Shown here in pieces: positions 9,884 through 21,973 of a stretch of 64,000 nt of DNA (positions are counted from its first letter, which is position 1; the number at the start of each line of letters is the position of its first letter). The notes under the pieces were generated by a model. The model made no database searches and was not told the DNA's origin. It saw only the letters and a list, made by a program, of their open reading frames with translations. This DNA is from a virus: the IMG/VR virus record IMGVR_UViG_3300025015_000010, positions 104,735 through 168,734 of that record. The stretch is one strand, 5' to 3'. The translations under genes and the position numbers were made by a program.

Positions 9884-11029
9884 ATGTCTAAAGAACTGAT
9901 TACGCAGCTAGAAAGTCGGGTAGCTAGGGGGCTGATTAGTCGTAGAGATCGTGGACCGTTATCGATCTACAATTACACAGACACTTGTACATTTGATCGC
10001 GCCTGGGACGAGTACACGATGGCTGCTCGTGGCCTGATTGTTAACCAGGTAACTAAAAAGGTAGTGGCCAGGGGATTTAGTAAGTTTTTCAATTATGGTG
10101 AGAATCCCGATATCGATTATACAAATTTTGGTCAATTTGAAGTCACTGAGAAGCTTGACGGCAGTCTTGGCATTATGTATTGGGACGAGTTAACCCAAAT
10201 GTACCGGATTGCCACACGAGGCAGCTTCGAGAGTGATCAAGCCACCTGGGCAACGAATTGGTTGCACAAGGAATTTTCTAACAGAGTAGGCATTATTAAT
10301 GGCTTTGGTCAAGATCGAGGAATCACCCTAGTATTTGAGATCATTTATCCCGATAACCGTATTATCGTGGACTATCACGGTATTGAGGGGCTATTTTTGA
10401 TCGGTGTGATTGAAAATTCGACGGGACATTCCTTTGGCTATAATCGAGTAGTCAATTGGGGCGAAGATCACGGTTTTCAGGTAGTTAAATCGGTTCAAGT
10501 GACCAGTGTTCAAGAGCTTTTGGACTTAGCTTCTAAGCCTACAGGCAGGCCGACTGACGAGGAGGGTTGGGTGGTATTTTGGCCAAAAGCCCAATTGCGT
10601 GTTAAGATAAAGCGCGACGACTACATGCAACTGGCCAGGATTCTATCTAGGATGTCAGCCAGAGCAGTATTTGAGGCGGTTAGGGACGGTACTTTTGAGA
10701 ATATGATCAAGGATCTGCCCCCAGAGTTGGCTAATGTACCGAGATTGTTAGAAGACGAAGTCAGCGCGGCATTTGCAACTGTGCATGACAACGCTGTAGA
10801 CGCCCAGGATATTTTGTATGATCAGACAAAGAATAAACCTGAAATGTCCAGAAAGGACAAAGCACTGTTGATCCAAAGTGATTTACGGATTAAATGGTGC
10901 GCTTCGTACTTGTTTTCTATGCTGGATGGACAGGTTAATAATAAATGGCTGTGGAGTCAAGTTGAAGACAGGCTCAAAAAGATGGGCTATTTTATCCGCA
11001 GATTGCCTACCGAAGAGATTACGCCGTGA
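9884..11029 (+). CDS. T4 Rnl1-like RNA ligase
   Basis: ARGLI, KFFNYGE, TEKLDGSLG (motif I), ATRGSF, FEII, EGWVV, RVKIK. Confidence 0.9.
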   Translation: MSKELITQLESRVARGLISRRDRGPLSIYNYTDTCTFDRAWDEYTMAARGLIVNQVTKKVVARGFSKFFNYGENPDIDYTNFGQFEVTEKLDGSLGIMYWDELTQMYRIATRGSFESDQATWATNWLHKEFSNRVGIINGFGQDRGITLVFEIIYPDNRIIVDYHGIEGLFLIGVIENSTGHSFGYNRVVNWGEDHGFQVVKSVQVTSVQELLDLASKPTGRPTDEEGWVVFWPKAQLRVKIKRDDYMQLARILSRMSARAVFEAVRDGTFENMIKDLPPELANVPRLLEDEVSAAFATVHDNAVDAQDILYDQTKNKPEMSRKDKALLIQSDLRIKWCASYLFSMLDGQVNNKWLWSQVEDRLKKMGYFIRRLPTEEITP

Positions 11030-11187
11030 TTCGTCCAGGTAGCAAAGTAAAATACTTGCTAATTTCAGGTGAGCGCGGAGAAGGTACGGTTATCAAGCAC
11101 CAATACGGTAGTACGTGGTTTGTCACTAAGGAAAATGGCCAGACTGTTAGTATGCCAACTACGGCTTTTGAGGAGATTACGCCGTGA
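11026..11187 (+). CDS. 53-aa small beta-rich (SH3/KOW-like) protein not in the ORF track
   Basis: GTGA overlaps at both ends; MIRPGSKVKYLLISGERGEGTVIKHQYGSTWFVTKENGQTVSMPTTAFEEITP. Confidence 0.6.
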   Translation: MIRPGSKVKYLLISGERGEGTVIKHQYGSTWFVTKENGQTVSMPTTAFEEITP

Positions 11188-11911
11188 AATACCAGATATG
11201 GAAACGTTGGGAGTATGATCATGCAGATGATCCAACAGCTTGGAAGTTAGCTGATGACTATCAGTATTATACTTTAGAGCAAGCCAATGCAGAGGCACGT
11301 AATCTTAGACGTAGGTTGACTGGTCGTATAGTTGAAGTCAAGGAGCAGACTATGTCTAACGACCGTTTCATCGAAGCCTATGCACAACTACGCAGAAATC
11401 TTCGAGATTTGATGTTTAAAAATGGAGTTCAATCTAATCCAGGATTCGGAGACGATGAGATTGTTGCCTGTATGGCCGAAATTATTCGAAAAGCGGGTAA
11501 TCACAAGAAAGGAAAGTCATGAGATTTCTGTGCAGATATGCTATGCCAGGCTCGCCCAAGACCGAATGGGCAACTGTAAATTCAGACACAAAAGAATCAG
11601 CCGTGATGGATTTTCACCATGTATGTGATCGGGGCATGGTATATACTCACTACCTAAACGCTGAGAAGACTCGAAAAGAAAATATCACATTCGCCTGCGT
11701 AGCAGTGAAAGCAGAATTAGACCTAGGCGACGGTGAAGAGTTTATAGCCAGAAATTATTTTTCTAAGATATGGCGTAGCGGAGGCGTGAAGCGCCCAGAG
11801 CACGATGTTACTTTAGCAGAGATCACCGAGAAACTAGGCTACACGTTTGAGCCAGAAACACTCTTAGAGAAGGGCTGGGACGAAGAATCCGAATCTTGGG
11901 ACTAAAAGTTC

Positions 11912-11939
11912 TTGACTCCATAATAATTTATGGTATATT
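11912..11939 (+). promoter_or_regulatory. sigma70-like promoter giving a probably leaderless cca mRNA
   Basis: TTGACT-N16-TATATT with extended TG; ATG 6 nt downstream; no SD. Confidence 0.7.
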
Positions 11940-11945
11940 ACTCAT

Positions 11946-13196
11946 ATGACGACTAAGCTATATAAAGTTGGTGGAGCCGTACGGGATACGCTTCTCGGTA
12001 GAACGCCCAAGGACATCGACTATGTTCTTGTGGGCGCTACCTATGAGCAAGCCCAAGCTATGTATGGTGATCCCGTAGGAGCCACTTTCCCGGTATTTTT
12101 CGATGCCAATGGCAATGAAGTCGCTCTTGCTCGCAAGGAAACTAAGACCGGTGCAGGCCATACAGGATTTGTCTGCGACTTCGGGCCAGACGTAACGATT
12201 GAGCAAGATTTAGCTCGCCGTGACTTTACAATTAATGCTATTGCTATGGATTCGGACGGAAAGTACACCGACCCATTTGGCGGTATCAATGATCTGAAGG
12301 CTAAGGTGCTTCGTGCTGTGGGTCCAGCGTTCGCCGAAGATCCACTCCGTGTTTACAGGCTCGCTAGGTTTGCAGCTACGCTGGAATTTAGTATGGTTTA
12401 CGAGACGGCAGAAATGGCTAAATCCCTGGTTCAAGAAATCAGTTCACTGTCTGGCGAACGAGTTGCAGCCGAGATGCTCAAGACGTTTTTCAAGTCTGGT
12501 ATCAAGCCGTCCGTATTTTTCAGAACGCTGCTTGATCTTGGAGTTCTGCACGTGCATTTTCCCGAGGTTCAGGCCCTTGTAGATGTTCCGGCCGGGCCAA
12601 AGGTTCATCACCAAGAAGGTAGCGCGTTTGAGCACACAATGCTGGTTCTGGATGAGATTCAGTGCAGCGATCCAGTATCCAGGTTCGGCGCTTTGGTGCA
12701 TGATCTGGGTAAGGGAGTGACACCTAAGAGCGAACTTCCTAAGCACTACGGCCATGATTCCAGGGTTGAACTGGTTGACGCCCTGTGTGACCGGCTGAAG
12801 CTGCCTGCTGAGTATCTGCACTTTGGTCGTTTGGCCATGAGTCAGCACATGCGGGCACATGAAGTCAAGAAAATGTCCACGAAGAAGCTTGTGCAGTTTG
12901 TTCATCAGGTTTCTAAGCCTACCACGGACATGTACAGGCTGATTGAAATCGTGGAAGCTGATGGCCGTGGACGTCGGCCTAGTAGTGAGGATAAGACAAC
13001 TGGCGAGCATATCCTGAAGGTGTACGCAGCCATCAAGAGCGTGAAGCCAGTGGAAGTTATTCAGGCTGCTGAGAAGTCCAGAGCAGAACGCGCTGTCAGG
13101 ACCGGAATCAAGCCTGAAAAGCTTCTTGGTAAGCATATTGGTGAACTTATTTACATAGCGGAAATTCAGGCTGTCAATAAAGTACTGGAGGTTTGA
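11946..13196 (+). CDS. cca: CCA-adding tRNA nucleotidyltransferase with HD domain
   Basis: VGGAVRD, DIDYV, DLARRDFTINAIA, EDPLRVYR, HH.EG...EHT, HDLGKG. Confidence 0.92.
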   Translation: MTTKLYKVGGAVRDTLLGRTPKDIDYVLVGATYEQAQAMYGDPVGATFPVFFDANGNEVALARKETKTGAGHTGFVCDFGPDVTIEQDLARRDFTINAIAMDSDGKYTDPFGGINDLKAKVLRAVGPAFAEDPLRVYRLARFAATLEFSMVYETAEMAKSLVQEISSLSGERVAAEMLKTFFKSGIKPSVFFRTLLDLGVLHVHFPEVQALVDVPAGPKVHHQEGSAFEHTMLVLDEIQCSDPVSRFGALVHDLGKGVTPKSELPKHYGHDSRVELVDALCDRLKLPAEYLHFGRLAMSQHMRAHEVKKMSTKKLVQFVHQVSKPTTDMYRLIEIVEADGRGRRPSSEDKTTGEHILKVYAAIKSVKPVEVIQAAEKSRAERAVRTGIKPEKLLGKHIGELIYIAEIQAVNKVLEV

Positions 13197-13773
13197 CATG
13201 GTCGAGTTCGCGCTCCTTGGAGACGAAGATAAGATTCGAGTTGCAGGTTTAGCCACAAGTTGGTATAGAGAGCATATACACCATGTTGTCAAATTAGTCA
13301 GAAAACAATCTGTAGCTTATTCACCTTCAGGGTCAGACCTGTTTCGTCCCGAATTGTGGAAAGCCGCACATTGGAAGTGGTTTACGGATGTTTATATTCT
13401 TAAGGCTGTTAAAGAGATAAAATGACTACTAGCGAGATTGTTCGGAGGCTGGAACTAATTACGCGGATCACGTTAGAACTAAGGAATCGTGGTTCTTGGT
13501 TATGCAAAGCTGTTGATATCAAGTCAACACACAAAGGAAATATCTATTCACCCCACAGCGTAGAGGCTTTTGGTTCTACACCAGAGTATGCAGTTAGCGC
13601 ATTGTGGGATCTTATCATGGACCGGCAGGCGGATGCCTATGTTGTACAGAAGCAGACCGATTCTGGCGTGAGCACTAACTACACATGGGAAGTGAAGGTG
13701 GGGCTGTGGCGTAATTGGGGAGATGGCTTTCCAGTATACAGTCCGGCAGAAATTCTTACTCAGGAGTAAAATT

Positions 13774-14355
13774 ATGACGACCGTACACGAAATTAGCGTT
13801 TCAAATGTTTGTACCGCGTTCGACAAGATGCCTATCGGCACCGGAGTAATGCATCGCAATAATTTTTTGACCGCGCTGCTAGCCAGGATCGAGCAAACCG
13901 ACTTTGGTACTTTGGGGCAGGTTTACATTGATCTTCCAGAGGCTCTGCTTTGTGTTTCCGGAGGTCTGGCTAGGCGAGAAGGTGTACGACACGTTAATGT
14001 CCGAGCACATCGTGGCCAGTTCGGCGTTTATGCTCCTAGGGTTCTGGCTGAGCCACCCGAAAAGCTGGGTGTTGTTGTGTACACCATCAAAGCTTATCTG
14101 GCTGATCCCGAAGTTGACGAGGAAGAGGCTAGGAGTCTGATTTGGAGCCAAGCCAAATATGTCATCGTAGCGGTACTCTCGGCCCCAAAAGGTGTTGGTG
14201 GAGATGGAGTGATGGGTACTTATCGGTTTACGTCTAACCTGGCAGGTGGGAATAATAAGTACAAGCCAGAAAATGGTTATACTCTTGACAAAGCAATTTC
14301 AGATGCTAAACTGTGTCTTGAATATGAGAATACTTGGATTACGGTTGCTGATTAG
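13774..14355 (+). CDS. Conserved-looking hypothetical phage protein
   Basis: AGGAG SD before ATG 13774; VVVYT..AYLADP, YVIVAVL, NLAGGN. Confidence 0.6.
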   Translation: MTTVHEISVSNVCTAFDKMPIGTGVMHRNNFLTALLARIEQTDFGTLGQVYIDLPEALLCVSGGLARREGVRHVNVRAHRGQFGVYAPRVLAEPPEKLGVVVYTIKAYLADPEVDEEEARSLIWSQAKYVIVAVLSAPKGVGGDGVMGTYRFTSNLAGGNNKYKPENGYTLDKAISDAKLCLEYENTWITVAD

Positions 14356-15332
14356 GGGCATAATGTGAAAATCATCGTTACAAAGCGTTTAAATGACTAT
14401 CACGCATGCCTAGAGTCTAATACAGGCGTCTGGGGATGTGGTAAGAATCCTACGGAGGCTGTTGGTAGTTTCATTATTACACTGGCCAGTTTTAAGCCAC
14501 ACGAAGTCGAAGTCGTCAGAAAGGACGGTGCATAGTGAGTTTCAACCTAGATGATTTTCGTGAGAAGGTAGCTAGGCTAAATACTATCTTGCAAGACAGG
14601 GACGGTGAAGGGACTTTTGTTTATGCCGAGGCCATCCATAGACTAATGGACGAAGTACATGATGCGTGGTACGGTCCAGATGGTAAAATGAAGCCGGGAG
14701 CGAAGCTATGATTACATTGACTACAGAAAATTGGCGGCAAGAAATCGATCAAGCTAAACTGCCAAATATTTTGAAAAGCATCGTTGGTGACTATTTAAAC
14801 GATAGTATTCCGCCAGAAGCTTATGATTGGGACATTATGGTTGTCCAGCAGAAGACACAAGGTGAATTAGAGATTGATCGAGTTCCATATAATATTGTAG
14901 TGTTCGTTCCTGATAATTCTGAGACTCACCGCAGATTCTTTACTCTGGTGAAGAAGTATCCAGGCGGAAAATTGACGAGCCTTGGTGATGCCATGAGTCA
15001 GTTAAATCTTGAGTACTTGGAAGGAGTGTTTTCGGGGATTAAGTTGGATGTTAATTAGTCTAATTCTGGCAGCGGAGCACTAGGGTCGATTCTGAATACA
15101 TGTTCTATGCAGATCCAGTCAAAGTAGTAGAATGTTTCGCCGCCCACGGTCGATTTGTGGAAACTGACACCGTAGTACTTGGATGGAATTAATTCTAGCA
15201 GTTCTTGCTCAATGTAGACATGCCTCATAAAGGTAGCTCTGCTGATCACTCTTGAGTTTGCGACAATAGCAATGAGTGCATCTACTTCATCTTCAGGCCA
15301 CTGGACACAGGCACTGTAAAAATAGTAGTTTT

Positions 15333-15626
15333 TCATTTAGACCTTTCAATGTGTTTCATCCAGGCACGCCCCTCTTGGGTAGCATAGTTACCGAGCATAG
15401 CCCAGGTCTCGAAGCCTTGGCTGTCTAGTAAATGTTCCAGCAAGGCAGTGGCAATGCCTTGTCTTTGATGATCAGGTTCTACTTCAACATGCCGAATGTA
15501 GGCTGTGCTGTCGTGAGGCATTGAGGTCCATGATATCTTGCCAACGATTTTTTGTTTGATAATTGCATAATCTGTCCCTTGATATTCTTGCCCTAGAGCG
15601 TCGCCAGTATGTTCGAATCTAAGCAT
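15333..15626 (-). CDS. GNAT acetyltransferase
   Basis: IRHVEVEPDHQRQGIATALL acetyl-CoA-binding motif. Confidence 0.8.
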   Translation of the reverse strand: MLRFEHTGDALGQEYQGTDYAIIKQKIVGKISWTSMPHDSTAYIRHVEVEPDHQRQGIATALLEHLLDSQGFETWAMLGNYATQEGRAWMKHIERSK

Positions 15627-16221
15627 TTTTGCACTCCATGTAAAATCTATTATTCCGCGTTTCTACCTTTACGCCGTAGGTATTCTTCAAGGAATTCCAT
15701 ACCCGCCGTGCTCCTGTGGTAACGTGGCTATCAGAATAAAGCGGAAACATTTCGCAAGCAATAGTTTTATACAGACTAGTCATTAGACCACGACCGCGCC
15801 ATCCATGCTGGATAGCCGATGCACTAACGTACCAACCGACTTGAGTATGTTTCCATTGAGTACCTGAAAATGCCCCTTCAGTAAGTGGGAATAAGTCAAC
15901 ACCACCAATGGCCTGTAGGTCCGGCTGGTGATCTTCCATCCACTGTTCCCGCTCGTGGTGGTGAAGTAACTCTGGCGGTACAGTAGACATCCAAATAAAG
16001 AAATCCTCCTCGGTAGTTCCAGGAAGTAGTATTCTAAAGGTATAACTTTGGTAGTGATTGTCAGTCTTGGTTACGGCCACAAGATATTGTCGAGATTCGT
16101 GATCCACAACGGTTAAAAATTGGTTATGCGTCTCTGTTTCGGCTATGTTAAGTCTAAATGACTCAAGGACATGCTTAGTCCATGACGGATCAAATCTATG
16201 ATTTTTTGGGCCTGGTGGCAT
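15619..16221 (-). CDS. GNAT-like protein
   Basis: WRGRGLMTSLYK...SDSHVTTGARRVW. Confidence 0.6.
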   Translation of the reverse strand: MPPGPKNHRFDPSWTKHVLESFRLNIAETETHNQFLTVVDHESRQYLVAVTKTDNHYQSYTFRILLPGTTEEDFFIWMSTVPPELLHHHEREQWMEDHQPDLQAIGGVDLFPLTEGAFSGTQWKHTQVGWYVSASAIQHGWRGRGLMTSLYKTIACEMFPLYSDSHVTTGARRVWNSLKNTYGVKVETRNNRFYMECKNA

Positions 16222-16266
16222 AAGATTACCTTTAAGTAGAACACTACCTAAAGTCTACCACTTTTC

Positions 16267-19200
16267 CTAGGTGCTTGTCCTTCTACGGTGTTCTTTTGCC
16301 CGGCAGTTCCAGACAGGGAGCGGATGTTCAGTGTGTATAGGGCATGAGTCATCATGTACGCCGTACTCGCCGTCAGGGTCGCCTAAGCAGGCACAAGTAA
16401 TCGGGCAGATGCAGTGAATCGTGCTTTCGGCTATGATTGTGATATTAAATTCAGGTAAGTGTTTGTCGGCTATCTGCCTAGCAGTCCTTTTGGCCCCGCG
16501 CATGTAGTCAGGCTTGACATTTTTGAGTAGAATTGCAGTGCTTAGAAAAGTATAGTCGTCTAGGGTGCTGACTAAGATGTTCTTGTCACTTAGAGCCGTT
16601 TCTATGGCAGCTACGGCGTTGCCTACCCTTAAGGATAGTTCCCTGTAATCTGGGTTTTCAGGACGTCCTAGGGCTACTCTGGCCTGTTTACCGTGGTCTT
16701 GAATGATCTTGGCCATTCCGTCATGATAGGTGACCGGATTAGCATAGAACTCAAGCGCCGAAATTAACTTATTGATATCCATAAGATTTCCTCACCACAA
16801 ATTAGGGCCTATTCTGCTGGGTAATTTCAGTAAATCATCCTGCCAGTACAAATTATACACAGGTATATTCAGGTCTTCAGCAAGCCTTAATGCCCGCCCT
16901 GTGCCACCCGAGGCATGTCCGTCTTTAGTCCAACAGACTACGAAATCTACAGGGGATTTCAAATCGCGGCCAAGTATTTGGTAGCAATTTCTGGCCATTA
17001 GCTTTTTACCGGCTTGGGATAATTTATCCCAAGCCGGATGATATTTTTCAGCCAGCGCAAAAGCTTCTGCTGTTAGAGTATATAAATTTGAGTTATTTCT
17101 ATTGAAGCTACGCCAAGGCAGGTAGATTTCTTTTTTGATAGCATGGCGTTCAAAGAAGGTGTCTGCACCATCAGCCCCGCCAGACCGTAAGGTATATCCT
17201 TGAGAGTTAAGTTCAGTGACTATTTGGCTGATACTGGGCTCTAAGGTTATAGGAGTTTCTCTGGAGCCTATACCCGCGTAGAATTTAGCTATTCCCACTC
17301 AGTCCATTTTTCACTATAAACACGTTTTTCACATCTGGAGCATTTAAAGTGTAACGTGACCTTGTAGCACTTGTATCTTACCTTTTTTGAGAAGAAAAAG
17401 CGTTCACAGTTACAGGCTTCTGACGAACAGTAGCAGTCGCTTCTGCTACCTTCATCTCTTTCTTCGTAGTGTGTTTCCTGATCACGGCTGTCTTCGATGT
17501 AATCGTGTCCTCTACGGTTACATTCCCACAAGCCAGGATTCTCTTTTAACAGCCTTGCTTGCTGCCTTTCTTCTTCTAGGTCTTCCTGAGTCCTGTAGCT
17601 ATCAGTCATAGCGGCACCTTTATGTTTTAGTTAGTTCGTCCAACGCCTGGCGCAGAATGGCTGCACGTTCATCTCTGTGTTCAGCATAAGCTTCACCTGT
17701 GAGTAGTTTTAGTTGCTTGATCACTGAGTTTTCGACTGACCGTTTTGTGCTTTCTTGTTCAAATAATTGACCGGCTTTATGTGCAGCAGTCATCCAATCT
17801 TTCTTTGGCCCAGCCTGTGTTTTTTGAAGTATTGCACTTAGGTTATATTTGTACAGATTCCCAAGGCTGTCTAAAGGTATTACGACTATTTCGCGCCCCA
17901 GATTGTCTAGTTTGTGTCGCCACAGTTCTACGCATAGAATAGCGGCTTCCTCAGGCGATTCTGTGTTGAGTTCAAGATTAGTGATTTTGCCAGAGGTTAC
18001 TTTATATGCCCGCATAGAGTTGTTTCCTTCTTTCAGAGTCGAGTTTAAGTGTGGATTGTAATTCGTAGTCACCGACTTTGGTGCCAGACCCTTTACAGAT
18101 TGTGGTCCTCCACAACGGGCGTCGAGTTCCTGGGCCGACTTTCTCAACATGGCCAAACGATTCAGAATGTCTAACTATTTTGCCGTTGGCCATAAAACCG
18201 ACTGACCAGGAAGCGCAGCATGGACATGATGTGTAGCCTATTACATGCCATGGCTTGAGAATTCTATGTCTTCGGATCAAGTAGGCGTACCTCGAAGGTA
18301 GAGTCAGGTCGTGCTGCGGCTTCAAGAGCACTAATTGAGCCACAATCCTTTATGGCATTTCTTAGGGTCATGTCAAGTCCAGCGAGATTAGCCAGGATGT
18401 CCATTCCGTCGTCGTAGTTATCTTCCTGATGAATAAGCCGTATGGCCTGGCGGATTAATTGACGCTCTTTCTTGGTCACCGCCCTAGGGCCTTAGCAATT
18501 GCGATCTTTGCTTTAGATCCACAGTCACTGCTGCTTACAGAGTCCATGTGCTCAGGCGTAAATTCACGGAGAATTTCCTGAAGCGCAGCCAGTAGTTCTG
18601 GCGCAGCGGATACGAGATGGCCATTAGCTGTGCAGCGTTCACTAGTAGGCGATCCAGGATGAAAGCTAAAAATTGCACAGTCCGCGACCATAAAGCCGTC
18701 TGGGCCTAACACAGCCTGGTACTCAACCTCTGGATTGGCGGTCCAAGGGCCTGGTGTATGAGTATCGTGCATGATTGTTACCTTTCTACGTAAGTGAGTA
18801 CTTTAGTCTTTAGTAGTCATCACGGTCCTTCAATGGCCGATTCAGACTATCCTTGAGTAAGTTTTCGCCTTCCTCGCTCAGACCGCGCATCTTTAGAGTC
18901 ATAGAACCAGTCTCTAATATTCGGCAATAATGATCTTGAACAGCCAGCGTACCGGCGTCGCTAGCCTGTTCAGTAGGCCCTACAAGTTCATAGTGTGATC
19001 CGCACATGACGTCTACGAATCTTATCTGGCCGTTCACGATTACAAATTTGAAACAGCCGCGAGGCACTTTGTTAATATCTTCGATGTTCATGTAATCGAT
19101 CATTCCTCATCTACCTCCACGTCGTGATCCACATCGTACTCTACACTCAGGCGTTCCCCCTGCTCAAGCAGAAAAGCCTCTGCTCTTTCCTCCCTCCCAG

Positions 19201-19285
19201 GGCCGATGAAGACCCTGCTAACCCCTGACAGGCCTCTTTCACCTTCATGCCAGTTCGTATGGATAACCACCGAAACGTGTCTCAT
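16267..19285 (-). other. Block of small hypothetical ORFs flanking the SLOG gene (16267-16782, 17289-17609, 17620-~18014, 18264-18479, 18476-18772, 18810-19103, 19100-19285)
   Basis: Co-oriented with overlapping start/stop codons; 18476-18772 has the common phage HTPGPW...ANxxLxAAAPELL motif. Confidence 0.6.
16792..17298 (-). CDS. SLOG/DprA-superfamily nucleotide-binding protein
   Basis: YAGIGSRETP, LRSGGADGAD, ARNCYQILG, SGGTGRA. Confidence 0.8.
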   Translation of the reverse strand: MGIAKFYAGIGSRETPITLEPSISQIVTELNSQGYTLRSGGADGADTFFERHAIKKEIYLPWRSFNRNNSNLYTLTAEAFALAEKYHPAWDKLSQAGKKLMARNCYQILGRDLKSPVDFVVCWTKDGHASGGTGRALRLAEDLNIPVYNLYWQDDLLKLPSRIGPNLW

Positions 19286-19342
19286 AGGTCACCAAGATTC
19301 TTTCGATTGCTAGGGTTAATTACAGGAGAATTATAGCATGAC

Positions 19343-19843
19343 TCAGACGTGAGTCAAGAGCTTTTCTTTAAGTTTAGTTACAATAGCCGCTGGCACTGAG
19401 CGTCTCACTTCATTCTCCCAGTTTGGATCAATACCTACGTGGCCTTTGACCATGCTGGAACTTACATGCATTAGGCTTGGTAAACAAGGTATCCAGACAG
19501 TTTCGATGTTAGGACATATTTTTCTATTTTCTTCCGCCAAGGTCTGCTCAGCTTCGAGGTCTTTGAAATTTCGTATGCCACGGATAATAACTTGAGCGTC
19601 CAGTGATTTCGCATGCTTAACTACGTAGTGGCCTATGCAGATATCGATTGTGACATTTGGCATGTGCAGGGTCACTTCTCTGGCCATACTGGCACGTTCT
19701 TCGGGCGAGAATGTGTAGGTCTTTCGAGCATCTACGGCGATTAGAACTATGAGTTCATCATAGAGTTTAGCAGCGCGCTCGATGACGTTGATGTGTCCGT
19801 TTGTGATAGGATCAAGACTCGCAGCATAGACAGCTTTACGCAC
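19343..19843 (-). CDS. coaD: Phosphopantetheine adenylyltransferase
   Basis: AVYAASLDPITNGH, IIRGIRN, HVSSSMVK; likely GTG start at 19843 after AAAGGA. Confidence 0.85.
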   Translation of the reverse strand: MRKAVYAASLDPITNGHINVIERAAKLYDELIVLIAVDARKTYTFSPEERASMAREVTLHMPNVTIDICIGHYVVKHAKSLDAQVIIRGIRNFKDLEAEQTLAEENRKICPNIETVWIPCLPSLMHVSSSMVKGHVGIDPNWENEVRRSVPAAIVTKLKEKLLTHV

Positions 19844-20800
19844 GTTTAGTCCTTTGTCGAAAATGACGCGCAGCCGAGGCAGAGTAGTCCGTCTCCGCGT
19901 TTTTCTAAACCCTGAAAAGGCAGAGGTTGCTGACCGCAACGAGTGCAAGCTTTTATACCAGGTCTGAAATCGTAAAAGAAAGGTCGCTTTGCATGTGCCC
20001 AAGCGGCAGCCCAGGCTATTGCGGCCAGTCCAGCCATGAAACTAATGAGAGCACAAGCATTTGACCAGGCCATCGGAGTTACAGGCTCAGTTTCCATTTT
20101 GGTCCTTTCGTTTTCGCAAAAATCAATGCTATTTCGTTGATTCCAGTTATAGCCTGTCAACTCTCGCGTCTGCCCCTCCAAAGCTGAAGTTATTGTTAGT
20201 CTATCCGATTTCCGTTGTTATCTACGAAAGTAATTTCGTTGCTCATCGTAACATAAATAGGTTCGTCGTTGTCTGTGGTAGTCAAAAAATAACAGAGGTT
20301 AGATGGGTCGTCAGTAAAGAATTCACCCCACAAAGCCGTCATCGCTTCTCGGACGGAGTTAAATGGCCCGAAGGCATGTCCATGATCCAAGGCCACGACT
20401 TCTCGGGTGTCCTCAAAACGAAATACATACTGGGTCATGTTATTCTCCAAGTCAGAAGTCTTGTTTAACTCGACTTTAGAATATAGTACGTTACAAAGCT
20501 AAGTCAAATTAAAATTCGTAATCATCTGGATCTTCAGGATTGATAATAAGGTCGCCTGTTTCGGTAATAGTCCACCGTTTAAAATTTCGACCACCAGACA
20601 AGTCCGCGCCTAGAAAGCCTTCGATCATCCCCTTGTGCTTTAACGTTTTGAGCCTTCCGGCAGCAGATGCATAACTGAAGTCTTCAGTTGTTACACCGTG
20701 GTTATGATCGATGAATTTTAGCATGCTAAGCTGTTCAGCAGTAATCTCTTTCACGTTCTTCCTTTCTGTTTGGATACCAAAATTATAGCATAAACTAGTT

Positions 20801-21973
20801 TTAAGTCAAGCCTATTTTACTAATTATTTGAGACACGGTCAGATCGCCTATTTTGACATCGTATATTTTCTTTGCTGCGGCCTGTGCTACATCTGGTCCT
20901 CTTTTGTATTTTTGACTGTAGTAGACTTCTACCCTGGTGTCTGCTATATTCGAGGCACATTTTTTACAGGGATCATTACGTAGTATTCGTAATATACTAT
21001 TGATTGCATTACAATTTTTGCATCGCCGATACTTTTTAAAGCTTTCGCCAACGTCATGCCTATAGGAGTAACTGAATTTTTTGTTAGTGGCATCACTTTT
21101 TTCATAGACTTTTTGTTTCTTACTTAGAAGTAATTTTACCCACCGATATGGCGGGTTGGCATTCTGAGGTTTGTTACGATTCCTTTTGCCCTTTGAGTTT
21201 TTAGGTTTTTCTAGCACAAGGCGCACGTTGACACTAGTGATTAAACATATGAGATTGTATGCGGCCATAAGTAGAGGCAGGGCAAAAGGCCGTGTATAGG
21301 AAGAATCAGTAGAATTTATTATGTTTTCCCCGACAAATTTTTTACTGGAGTCTTCTTCACGTGCTAGTACGTCTAAGATGTAGTAAAATGGATAGCTTTT
21401 TTCTGAGCCACGCTTATTCTCAAAAAAGGCGTCAACTCGTATCAGCAGTTTGGCTGGTTCTTGGAGTTCTCCGTCTAATATGGCCTGATCTTTCACTTGT
21501 TTAAAGGATTCTCGTAATACGTTATCAGGCGGTAGTGGTTTGTTTGCATAAAGTGTTTTATATCTTTGAAATGCTAGTTCTGTGATTTCCAAAGCCCTAT
21601 TTTCCGTAAAAATCTCTACCATGATTGCGCAAATAGGCTCTCTAATTCCAGGGATTCGTATAGGCGCGCCTTCAAACCAGCACTTCGATGTTGGCATTTG
21701 TAGGTCGCACCATCGAGGGAACCTATTTTTAGCTAGGCAGACTTCTTGGAAAATATTGCCTATAAAGTATACGGAGGCTTCGGACATGGTTTGATAGGCA
21801 GCCTCAAGGCCAAGCTCGTTCTTGAATTCATCCGACTCCAATTTTTTTAGAGCAGAGTCCTGTTCCTCAGCAAAGGCTAGTCGTTCTAATTCGGCTTTTA
21901 CAGCACGTATTCGTTTGGCACGCTCATCATAGAAAGCGAGTATTTTAGGATAAACTAGATCAGGCTTATTCAT
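20801..21973 (-). CDS. Hypothetical 390-aa protein with C-terminal CxxC/CxxC Zn ribbon
   Basis: Long ORF; YRHDV..., CKNC...CKKC. Confidence 0.65.
   Translation of the reverse strand: MNKPDLVYPKILAFYDERAKRIRAVKAELERLAFAEEQDSALKKLESDEFKNELGLEAAYQTMSEASVYFIGNIFQEVCLAKNRFPRWCDLQMPTSKCWFEGAPIRIPGIREPICAIMVEIFTENRALEITELAFQRYKTLYANKPLPPDNVLRESFKQVKDQAILDGELQEPAKLLIRVDAFFENKRGSEKSYPFYYILDVLAREEDSSKKFVGENIINSTDSSYTRPFALPLLMAAYNLICLITSVNVRLVLEKPKNSKGKRNRNKPQNANPPYRWVKLLLSKKQKVYEKSDATNKKFSYSYRHDVGESFKKYRRCKNCNAINSILRILRNDPCKKCASNIADTRVEVYYSQKYKRGPDVAQAAAKKIYDVKIGDLTVSQIISKIGLT

Noticed and set aside
12444-13292. 282-aa minus-strand ORF and similar antisense ORFs (e.g. 6812-7411, 54397-54864, 29694-30077)
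   Set aside because: Shadow frames of well-supported genes or of structured RNA; no motifs or SD.
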